A DNA stretch of 64,000 bases, taken from NCBI GenBank assembly GCA_016927995.1, contig JAFGLO010000003.1, positions 8,791 through 72,790 on the forward strand. Direction: 5' to 3'. Positions 28,009 through 36,083 of this stretch are shown piece after piece. A program made the position numbers and the translations under genes. The notes beneath the pieces are model-generated. The model saw nothing but the letters and a program-made list of their open reading frames with translations. It had not been told where the DNA came from and did no database searches. Numbering within the stretch: position 1 is the stretch's first letter; every line of letters starts with the position of its first letter. This stretch comes from Candidatus Dojkabacteria bacterium. Lineage in GTDB: Bacteria; Patescibacteriota; Dojkabacteria; JAFGLO01.

Positions 28009-29400
28009 TTAGATATTTTTATAAATCTCAATAATCCCAAGATTATTACTTTGTTTGTTCTGATTTGAGATATTAAGAATTAAAACATTGGAGCCACTTT
28101 TTATCTGATAAATTTTTTCGGACTCAGAAACAACAAACTTCACAAATTCATCTCTGTCCGTCGGAACTTTACCGCCTTTTATTAAAACAGTATTAACACC
28201 CCGCACAAGCGACAGTTTCTGCATGACACTTTTGTCTTGAGTTAGTGCAATAATTGGAACCTCAGGTAGAAAACTGGATAAAAGCCTTGCTGTAAATCCG
28301 CTTTGGGTGTACACAATTATATAATTACAGTCAAGCCCTGCAGCTATCTCCAATGCAGCTCTTACGACCAACCGTTTGACACCAAAATCACCTTCATAAT
28401 TTGTTATTACACAACTGGCAAGGTCTTCCACCTCGATAGCTACATCCTGCATAACCGAAACGGCTTCTGCCGGATATTCACCAATCGAACTTTCGGCAGA
28501 AAGCATTACCGCATCGGCTCCATCTAATATTGCATTGGCAACATCACTAACCTCAGCCCTGGTTGGTCTTGGATTCTTTTTCATCGATTCAAGCATCTGC
28601 GTAGCAACAATTACCGGCTTACCGGCCTGCTTACACTTTCTAATTATTTTTTTCTGAATTAGCGGAACTCTATGTAACGGAATTTCAACTCCAAGATCAC
28701 CTCGTGCAATCATTATTGCGTCAGCTTCTTCGATAATCTCGTCAAGGTGGCTAAGTGACTCGGCTGTTTCAATCTTTGCAATAATGCCAATATTGGAGCC
28801 TTTTATAAGCCTTCTTATTGATTTAAGATCAGCCGCTGTTTGAACAAACGATGTGCCAATATAGTTATAATCAAGTTTTACTGCATTTTTTATATTTTCT
28901 TTATCTCTTTTGGTAAGCAAAGGAACCGAAAGCTTTGTATACGGTACATTAATAGTTTTTCCATCAGTAACGGTACCGGAGTTTAGTATCTTTATATGAA
29001 TAAGCCTATCTTTCATTTTTTGGACAATTCCCCTGATATTTCCATCGTCCACTAGAATATTCGTACCAACGCTAATATCTTTATGAAGGTTTGAATAAGT
29101 AACATAGGGATATGTTGTTTGGGTTGAATCCGTTGAAATGATTAGCTCACTATTCTTTTTAAGAGTAATTGGGAATTTTTCCTGGAGCTTTATTCTAATT
29201 TTGGGTCCTTCGGTATCAATATCCATGGCAATTTGAGGAGAAACAGAGTGAACCAAGGCTTTTATACGTTTTAGTTCGGCATAATCAGCAAATGCAGAGT
29301 TAAGCCTTGCAACCCGGAATCCGTTTCTATACATTTTTTTCAGTGTGGTAATATCCCAGGTGGAAGGACCTATCGTTGCTACAATTTTGGTTTTTATCAC
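28009..29400 (-). CDS. pyk: Pyruvate kinase
   Basis: N-terminus TKIVATIGPST. MIARGDLGVEIP active-site region. C-terminal regulatory domain. Confidence 0.9.
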   Translation of the reverse strand: MIKTKIVATIGPSTWDITTLKKMYRNGFRVARLNSAFADYAELKRIKALVHSVSPQIAMDIDTEGPKIRIKLQEKFPITLKKNSELIISTDSTQTTYPYVTYSNLHKDISVGTNILVDDGNIRGIVQKMKDRLIHIKILNSGTVTDGKTINVPYTKLSVPLLTKRDKENIKNAVKLDYNYIGTSFVQTAADLKSIRRLIKGSNIGIIAKIETAESLSHLDEIIEEADAIMIARGDLGVEIPLHRVPLIQKKIIRKCKQAGKPVIVATQMLESMKKNPRPTRAEVSDVANAILDGADAVMLSAESSIGEYPAEAVSVMQDVAIEVEDLASCVITNYEGDFGVKRLVVRAALEIAAGLDCNYIIVYTQSGFTARLLSSFLPEVPIIALTQDKSVMQKLSLVRGVNTVLIKGGKVPTDRDEFVKFVVSESEKIYQIKSGSNVLILNISNQNKQSNNLGIIEIYKNI

Positions 29401-29501
29401 ATGAATTAATAATAAAGCTTAGATTTGATTTTTAATCATAATTAATCTTATCATATTTGGCAAACTATGATATACTCATTTAGCAAATTACATATTTAAA
29501 G

Positions 29502-29918
29502 TTGTTAATGGATCTTAAGAAGTTCCTAAAGCAGTTCATAGTAGCGTTTTTGTGCGTAAACACAGCAATTGCTCTATCGTCTGCTGCAAGATTTCCGGCA
29601 GATCTTGTATATTATCTGTTGGTTATAAGTGTTATCTCGATAATTATTACATTCACAGGAAATTTAATAAAATTCTTTACAATCCCCGAAAATTCGGGAA
29701 CTCGCCTGGTTGCCGGCACATTGCTAGTAATCATTGGAGTCTTAATCTCCGGATACATTGCAAACAATGTTGGATTCTCGGTATCAACGTTCGAATCACT
29801 TGATTTAGGATTATTTGTTCTCAAAAAGTTTACGATAAGTGAAACCGCAGCCATGATAATCTTTAGCGTTTTAACGGCTGCCTTAGTTGAAATATTTTAT
29901 GCAATAGACAAAAAATGA
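29502..29918 (+). CDS. Hypothetical 4-TM membrane protein
   Basis: Hydrophobic helices. Overlaps the secG start by 4 nt. Confidence 0.35.
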   Translation: MLMDLKKFLKQFIVAFLCVNTAIALSSAARFPADLVYYLLVISVISIIITFTGNLIKFFTIPENSGTRLVAGTLLVIIGVLISGYIANNVGFSVSTFESLDLGLFVLKKFTISETAAMIIFSVLTAALVEIFYAIDKK

Positions 29919-30133
29919 ATGAAACAATCTTGAGGGTATCACACCTTATAACAACATTACTCATGGTTTTTTTGATCCTTCTACAAAATAGAACAGATAG
30001 CGGTAGCGGATTTTTGTCAGGTGGAGGGGAAACATTTAAAACACGTAGAGGAGTTGAAAAGACTGTATTTGTCATAACAATCCTGATTAGCCTTGCCTTT
30101 GTTGTACTCACTATATTGCTTTTAAAGCTTTAA
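29915..30133 (+). CDS. secG: Preprotein translocase subunit SecG
   Basis: 72 aa with two TMs and the Gly-rich loop LLQNRTDSGSGFLSGGGETF between them, as in SecG. Confidence 0.6.
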   Translation: MNETILRVSHLITTLLMVFLILLQNRTDSGSGFLSGGGETFKTRRGVEKTVFVITILISLAFVVLTILLLKL

Positions 30134-30138
30134 CACCT

Positions 30139-31833
30139 ATGTCACAAAAATTTTCAGGAAGATTCTTTAAACTCCTTCTGGCGATAAGAGATCACCTTTG
30201 GAACTACCCGGAAACGATTATAAAAGCATTCAAGATTATTTCCCCATTTGGGTACATCGGAGTTTTAACAATTTTACTATACCCTATTATTTCAACGGTC
30301 ATACCGACCTCTAAAAATCCCCTAAAGCCCGACGTTACAGAAATATATGAGGCTTATATTGGTACAATATCAACGATTAACCCCCTATTCGAAACTAACA
30401 ACCAAATTGAAAAGGATATAATAAGTCTTGTTTACTCACCTCTTTTTGTAATGGATGCTGAAGGAAAGCTAACATACAAACTTGCCAAAAGTTACTCGGT
30501 AGACGAAAGTGGAAAAAATTACACATTTTATCTTAGACAAGATGTACTCTGGCATGACGGTAATATCTTTTCTGCAGACGACGTGGTCTATACATTTACA
30601 ATGGCCGAACGAATAAAGACACAGAATATCTCGGTTAGAAAGGTCGATGATTTCACCGTAATGTTTAGTTTACCTCAACCAAGTCCAATTTTTTTGGAAA
30701 CAATAATACTTGGAATAATGCCTAAACACATTTGGGGCAACATAGAAGAAGGTCACATCCCATTCTTCTTTAGGAATCAAGAGCCTATTGGAACCGGACC
30801 GTACAAGTTGACATCTTTTAGCGAGCAACAAATTGTTTTAGATAAAAATCCTGATTATTTCGGATGTATCCCATCAATTGATCGCATTAACATTATGATG
30901 TTTCCAAATGAGACCGAATTAATAGAAGAACTACAAAGCTTAAAAGTAACTTCGGTACTAAATCCTCCAATAACGCTTCAACCGGTACTATCACAATATG
31001 GTCTCATTAAATACTCAAAGCCAATCAAAAGAAATACAAAAGTTCTTTTCCTAAACACCAGAGAAGTAAAGTTTTCGGGTGAAAGTCAGGTCAGTAATAT
31101 ACTACACGATAGCAACATAAGACGTGCAATAGCAATGGCAATAAACAGGGAGGAATTACTTACTGACATTAGTGTTGACGGTGATCCGACAATTACACCA
31201 TTCGATGAAAATTCATGGGCATTCGACCCACTCCAAAACTATAATATCTATAATCCACAATCTAGCGGCAGTCTTTTAGATGCTGTTTCCTGGGAGGTTA
31301 ACCCCGAAACCGGTATAAGGGAGAAAAATGGTCAAAAACTCAGTCTTTCAATAACCTATCTTGACAATCCGCAAAATGAGTCGATTGCAGCTTTTTTACA
31401 GGAAAGTCTGCTAAAAGTTGGAATCGAACTTCTCCTGGATCCACGTGATTATAGCTCGCTTACTCAAGAAATTATTCCCCTACGTAGTTTTGATCTACTA
31501 CTCTTTGAAATAGAAACCGGTTTAGACCCAGACTGTTATGCCTGGTACTATGGAGGAAATGTAGAGCATCCTAACCTCAATCTGTCGGGATATTCATTAC
31601 AAAATGTAGATAGAATCCTGGAGGAAGCAAGAACAACTATTGACAAAACTGAGCGTCAAGGGCTATACCATAGATTCTTGATTTACTACAACCTAGATAT
31701 TCCAATAATATATTTATATCATCCTGCACTTGAGTACTATGTAAGCTCAACTGTATCCAATATTGATTTGTCTAACGTGACCCTAGCAGAGGATAGATTT
31801 TTGGGTATTTGTAACTGGGAAGCCAGCAAGTAA
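30139..31833 (+). CDS. ABC-transporter family-5 solute-binding protein (OppA/DppA-like), N-terminally membrane anchored
   Basis: SBP_bac_5-like core (YTFYLRQDVLWHDGNIFSADDVVYTF; large bilobal alpha/beta layout). N-terminal TM helix. No permease or ATPase genes adjacent. Confidence 0.65.
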   Translation: MSQKFSGRFFKLLLAIRDHLWNYPETIIKAFKIISPFGYIGVLTILLYPIISTVIPTSKNPLKPDVTEIYEAYIGTISTINPLFETNNQIEKDIISLVYSPLFVMDAEGKLTYKLAKSYSVDESGKNYTFYLRQDVLWHDGNIFSADDVVYTFTMAERIKTQNISVRKVDDFTVMFSLPQPSPIFLETIILGIMPKHIWGNIEEGHIPFFFRNQEPIGTGPYKLTSFSEQQIVLDKNPDYFGCIPSIDRINIMMFPNETELIEELQSLKVTSVLNPPITLQPVLSQYGLIKYSKPIKRNTKVLFLNTREVKFSGESQVSNILHDSNIRRAIAMAINREELLTDISVDGDPTITPFDENSWAFDPLQNYNIYNPQSSGSLLDAVSWEVNPETGIREKNGQKLSLSITYLDNPQNESIAAFLQESLLKVGIELLLDPRDYSSLTQEIIPLRSFDLLLFEIETGLDPDCYAWYYGGNVEHPNLNLSGYSLQNVDRILEEARTTIDKTERQGLYHRFLIYYNLDIPIIYLYHPALEYYVSSTVSNIDLSNVTLAEDRFLGICNWEASK

Positions 31834-31835
31834 GT

Positions 31836-32022
31836 CACTTCTCTCATAGGTATCTTCCGGATTACTGTTTCACTACTTATCCCAACACGGTCATCTGTTG
31901 CCCAGTATGTTCTCAGAGAACCCCTTGCTTGTTTTGCTTTCTTGTTAAGGTGAATCTCTGCTCACATACCGGTCTTCCAGAGTTTTACTTTACTATTTCA
32001 CTACTTCACTATTTCACTGTAT
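31836..32022. repeat. Inverted (reverse-complement) ~1.5-unit copy of the 8236..8566 repeat family, directly upstream of tRNA-Leu
   Basis: cacttctctcataggtatcttccgg-attactgtttcactacttatcc is the reverse complement of ggataagtagtgaaacagtaatccggaagatacctatgagagaagtg. A degenerate second core (ctggaagaccggtatgtgagcagag) and the gtgaaatagt sub-repeats are also present. Confidence 0.75.
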
Positions 32023-32033
32023 AATTAGTTACT

Positions 32034-32119
32034 GCCGGGGTGGTGAAATTGGTAGACACGTACGCTTCAGAAGCGTATGTCCTTTATCGGACGTGCAGGT
32101 TCGATTCCTGTTCCCGGCA
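32034..32119 (+). tRNA. tRNA-Leu (anticodon CAG)
   Basis: GCCGGGG acceptor stem, anticodon stem TACGC/GCGTA with loop TTCAGAA, long variable arm, T-arm CAGG-TTCGATT-CCTG, discriminator A. CCA is not encoded. Confidence 0.85.
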
Positions 32120-32142
32120 TTTTATAAATATCCACAAAAATC

Positions 32143-32664
32143 ATGCTTCGAAAGGATTCTGTTTATATACTTAAATGTCGAAGAATAAAGGAGAACACTC
32201 TTCTTGTTACTGTTTTTAGTAGGATTTACGGAAGATATTCATTTATTACTCAAAAGGGGAAGGATCTTTCTACGTCCGAAGCTATTCAGCCTTTTAATCT
32301 TTGCATGCTTCAGCTTTATCAGGCAAGAGGACTTCCTATTCTTAAAGAACTATCAGTTGAAGAGGAGTTCAGTCCTAAGTCCAATTTGACAAATCAGCTT
32401 GCGGCACTATATATTATCTCGGTGCTGGCTCAGATAACACCTGAAGATCTTCCGCTTCCGGAAAGTTTTGATGCCGTTACCAAAATAATTAAAAAACTTG
32501 AATCGATAAGTCTCAAAAAAACCGATATACAAACGGTAAAGGATTTCTTCTTGAAAGTTCTTCTAAATGAACTCGGTGTGGAGGGAGATAGAGATCTACA
32601 CGAAAAAGCAGAGGCTTATTTTCAAAAACAACTCTGGAAACTTAATATGGAAAATCTTGAATAA
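32143..32664 (+). CDS. recO: RecO-like recombination mediator (short form, no C-terminal zinc finger)
   Basis: N-terminal OB-fold pattern VYILKCRRIKENTLLVTVFSRIYGRYSFITQKG...QPF..L.L matches the RecO N-domain. Length is only 173 aa. Confidence 0.4.
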   Translation: MLRKDSVYILKCRRIKENTLLVTVFSRIYGRYSFITQKGKDLSTSEAIQPFNLCMLQLYQARGLPILKELSVEEEFSPKSNLTNQLAALYIISVLAQITPEDLPLPESFDAVTKIIKKLESISLKKTDIQTVKDFFLKVLLNELGVEGDRDLHEKAEAYFQKQLWKLNMENLE

Positions 32665-33660
32665 ATGAATATACTTGGAATTGAAACCAGCTGTGATGAG
32701 ACTTCTGTTGCTATAGTAAGTAACGGAAAAGATGTCCTAAGTTCGGTAACAAATAGCCAGCAGGCGATTCATGAAAAGTATGGTGGTGTTATTCCCGAGC
32801 TTGGTGCCAGAAAACATATTGAAAATATTGGCGTAGTATACAAAGAGGCTCTTGACATTGCCAGACTTGGTTTAAATGATATTGCAGCAATTGCTGTAAC
32901 AACTTCTCCCGGTTTATCTCCTGCATTAAAGACCGGAATCGCATTTGCAATGGGTTTAAGTCAGTATGGACTACCTCTTATAAAGGTAAACCATGTAATT
33001 GCACACGCCTACTCACTTTTCCTAAGTCAGGCTTATCCCAACCCTGATTATCCAATAATCACTTTAATTGTTTCGGGTGGACATACTCAGCTTGTCCGAT
33101 TTGACTCGCCCATCGAATTTGAAATTCTTGGTTCCACAATCGATGATGCGGCAGGAGAGTGTTTTGATAAAGTTGCCAGAATGCTAAATCTTCCCTATCC
33201 CGGCGGGCCGGTAATTGACAAAATATCAAGCCTTGGGGACGAAAAAGCAATTTCTTTTCCAAGACCAATGATTGAATCAAATAATTTTGACTTCAGTTTC
33301 TCGGGACTTAAGACCGCGGTTTTGTACCACATAAGAGACACAAAACTCACACCTTCCCTAGAAGAATCCAACGATCCGCAAAAAGAAATTAGCCGACTCA
33401 CGACCTATGATATTGCGGCCTCTTTTCAGGAAGCCGTAGTTGATGTACTTGTCGATAAAACTGTAAGACTCGCGATAAAAGAATCCGTTAGAAACATAGG
33501 AATCGCAGGTGGTGTATCGGCAAACAGTCGGCTCCGTGAAAAAATGATAAGACGTGCAAACGAACACAACCTTGACCTGTTCTATCCCGAGCTTAATTAC
33601 TGTACAGATAATGCAGCAATGGTTGCCGGACTCGGATACCATATGCTAAAGCAGGATTAA
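32665..33660 (+). CDS. tsaD: tRNA N6-adenosine threonylcarbamoyltransferase TsaD (Kae1/Gcp family)
   Basis: MNILGIETSCDETSVAIV start. HVIAHAY metal-binding His pair. GGVSAN near the C-terminus. Confidence 0.9.
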   Translation: MNILGIETSCDETSVAIVSNGKDVLSSVTNSQQAIHEKYGGVIPELGARKHIENIGVVYKEALDIARLGLNDIAAIAVTTSPGLSPALKTGIAFAMGLSQYGLPLIKVNHVIAHAYSLFLSQAYPNPDYPIITLIVSGGHTQLVRFDSPIEFEILGSTIDDAAGECFDKVARMLNLPYPGGPVIDKISSLGDEKAISFPRPMIESNNFDFSFSGLKTAVLYHIRDTKLTPSLEESNDPQKEISRLTTYDIAASFQEAVVDVLVDKTVRLAIKESVRNIGIAGGVSANSRLREKMIRRANEHNLDLFYPELNYCTDNAAMVAGLGYHMLKQD

Positions 33661-33944
33661 TCTGCTTCGGTAAACTTGTCGGAATCGTCATTTCCACACT
33701 TCGGACATTTTTTTAACGGATGGTTCCCTTCGTATAAAAAACCACAAACCAAACATTTGTATCTGCGCCACCTTAACTCAAGCTCCTCTTCCGAAGTCAC
33801 GCCCACCTTTGGGTGGGAAGAATCATCTGCAGGAATATCTATTTTCGGTTGCATATCAGCCGCTGTATTAGGCTGTGCACTACCCTGCGGTGCATTATTC
33901 TGAAAAGTCGGTGTCTGTTGTTGATCCATCTTTAAGTGCTTCAA
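33657..33944 (-). CDS. Small zinc-ribbon protein with disordered N-terminus
   Basis: C-terminal CLVCG...CPKCG four-Cys ribbon. The N-terminal ~55 aa are Gln/Pro/Ala-rich. Confidence 0.35.
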   Translation of the reverse strand: MKHLKMDQQQTPTFQNNAPQGSAQPNTAADMQPKIDIPADDSSHPKVGVTSEEELELRWRRYKCLVCGFLYEGNHPLKKCPKCGNDDSDKFTEAD

Positions 33945-36066
33945 TTTGAGTTAAGGCAGTTGTAAGCTCATCTTTAAGTTTTTGAGCCTCATCTGCAGTG
34001 ATTGTTCCTTCCGCATTCATGGTATCAATTGATTCCATAAGCTTATTTACAATCTCAGTAGCCTTGTCAAAATCTCCCATTGATAAATAGATCCGGGCTA
34101 TTCTTAAATCAATGTCGTAAGACAGTACGGGAAATGTTGATTTAAGGTCGGTATATAATGTGTATGCCTCTTGATAATTTCCTATTGAAGAATAAAAATC
34201 GGCAAGAGTTATCCTAAGATTAATATTAATCGGATTTAATGACAAACTTTGATTGTATGCATTAATTGCTCCCGTTGAATAAGGATCGTTTTCAGAAAGA
34301 AGGTTCAGTTGTGCAAAAACATTCCCGCGAAATTCCCAGGCTTCATAATTTAATGGATATTTTTCGACCATACGTTCAGTTCCTTCTATTAGCTCTTCCA
34401 CAATTACTGCAATCGATGTACTCTCAGGATCATCGGAAATCAGCTTCACAAGGTCTTCGAAAAGGAATGTATTCCTTACTGTGTAGTATTTTAATTCATC
34501 AACCGTTGTAAGTGCTTTGTTAATGTTTGAGTAAGTCTTGGTTTGGTCCACTTCATACTGTTCTACTGTTTTGATATATAAACTCTCAGCCCAAAGTCTT
34601 CGAGCATATAAAGATCCGAAATAAAGCAGACAAATAAGTCCTAAAATTCCGACAGCAAACTCAATTGCTCCGCTAAACTTTTGTTTATTAGTTACACCTT
34701 CATCGAGTGACATTGATAACTTGAGCGTTAATGTCTTTTCTTTTCCGGGATTCACAATATAATAAGCACTAAACGTAACCCCTAAAACAATTACCAGAAG
34801 TAAGGCATATTGAATAGGCGCCGGAATTATAAGCAGTCCCAATAGCATTATTAATGATGCTATCGTTAACCCACCGGTTAAGTTGCTAAACGGATCGGTT
34901 CCTTGTTGAGATTTATCAAATATAATTTGTTTAATAATAAATCCAATGACAATTAGGAAGGCTATAAATCCGAATATTCCAAAAGACACAAGGAGTGTGT
35001 TTATCAAAGGTCCAACCCAGACAAATCCCATCTCTGGAATCATATTATCCATAAACATGGTTAAATCTCGATATCGCATAAAAACAATGCTATCAATTCC
35101 GGGTCCAACACCGGTAAATAGCGTTTGAATATTTGCTGAAACTGCGTCGACTGTTAAGTCCCATGCATATTTTATTGGCATGGCACTTATTCCAAAGTTA
35201 GCAAGAGTTTCGAATTTGTCTTTTATACTGTTAAAATAAAATGCAAGCCCCAGAGAAACCAGAATGGTGGATATAAATATAAATAATGATTTTCCCTTGG
35301 AGAATACATCTTTAAATTTGGTCAACCACAAAATGACCAAAACACATACAACTATTAGTGTCACAGCTATTCCAAATGGAGTAAATAGTCCAAATGACAG
35401 GTCGTAAACATTTAAAAGTAGAAAAGTTGAAAATCCGGTTGTAAAAGTCAGAATCGGGGTCAAAAACAGAAGATAGGTTTTATTGAAAGACTCCTGTGCC
35501 ACAAAGTAAATTCCACCAATAGAAACAGCCAATAAAAGGTATGCAAACGGCACAATATATGAAGTCGGAACAAAACCTCCGCCGAAAAAGCTGTTTGCAA
35601 GATCAATTCGTCCGAGAAGTTGAAATAATTGTACAACTGCAGCTACAAATAATGCAATACAGAAAATTCCTACCCAAAGAAAAATGTCACGCTTGGATAA
35701 CTGAGCATTTATTATTACCATAAATAGAAGCCCTAAAAGAACAAGCGTTAAAATTCCCACTGTTGGATACTCCATTGATGCAAGAAAATTTTTATACCCC
35801 GGATGAAAAAATATAGTAACAAAAAGAACAACTATAAATCCGACATATGCCCACATTGCGTCCACATATTTCAAGGTAAACATCCCGTTCTTCTTTGAAA
35901 AGATCAGAAACCATACTCCAAGAACAAGACATATGAATACTGTCATTAAAAGCAATGAAATGTTGTTTACTTGAAAATATATAGGATATATTCCGATTAT
36001 TACGGCAACACTTAGAAGAGCCAGGGTCATTATTCCCAGTCTTTTACCAAGAGGATAATTGGACAT
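33895..36066 (-). CDS. Large polytopic membrane protein (possible O-antigen-ligase/Wzy-like) with C-terminal TPR-like soluble domain
   Basis: At least 12 hydrophobic helices over ~450 aa. The C-terminal ~250 aa carry repeated helical A/Y/L-rich TPR-like units (NAYNQSLSLNP...ADFYSSIGNYQEAYTLY...ARIYLSMGDFDKATEI). Confidence 0.45.
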   Translation of the reverse strand: MSNYPLGKRLGIMTLALLSVAVIIGIYPIYFQVNNISLLLMTVFICLVLGVWFLIFSKKNGMFTLKYVDAMWAYVGFIVVLFVTIFFHPGYKNFLASMEYPTVGILTLVLLGLLFMVIINAQLSKRDIFLWVGIFCIALFVAAVVQLFQLLGRIDLANSFFGGGFVPTSYIVPFAYLLLAVSIGGIYFVAQESFNKTYLLFLTPILTFTTGFSTFLLLNVYDLSFGLFTPFGIAVTLIVVCVLVILWLTKFKDVFSKGKSLFIFISTILVSLGLAFYFNSIKDKFETLANFGISAMPIKYAWDLTVDAVSANIQTLFTGVGPGIDSIVFMRYRDLTMFMDNMIPEMGFVWVGPLINTLLVSFGIFGFIAFLIVIGFIIKQIIFDKSQQGTDPFSNLTGGLTIASLIMLLGLLIIPAPIQYALLLVIVLGVTFSAYYIVNPGKEKTLTLKLSMSLDEGVTNKQKFSGAIEFAVGILGLICLLYFGSLYARRLWAESLYIKTVEQYEVDQTKTYSNINKALTTVDELKYYTVRNTFLFEDLVKLISDDPESTSIAVIVEELIEGTERMVEKYPLNYEAWEFRGNVFAQLNLLSENDPYSTGAINAYNQSLSLNPININLRITLADFYSSIGNYQEAYTLYTDLKSTFPVLSYDIDLRIARIYLSMGDFDKATEIVNKLMESIDTMNAEGTITADEAQKLKDELTTALTQIEALKDGSTTDTDFSE

Positions 36067-36083
36067 TGCAGACAGATTTGAAT

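Noticed and set aside
8236-32022. Inverted repeat pair as the ends of a mobile element or prophage
   Set aside because: The 23 kb between the repeats consists of core housekeeping genes (ftsQAZ, hisS, pyk, ftsW, tig, secG) with no integrase, transposase or phage genes. The repeats are kept as a repeat family and possible inversion substrate rather than mobile-element ends.
33657-33944. Rubredoxin assignment for the small Cys4 protein
   Set aside because: The two CxxCG knuckles are only 12 residues apart, whereas rubredoxin has about 30. It is therefore called a generic zinc ribbon instead.
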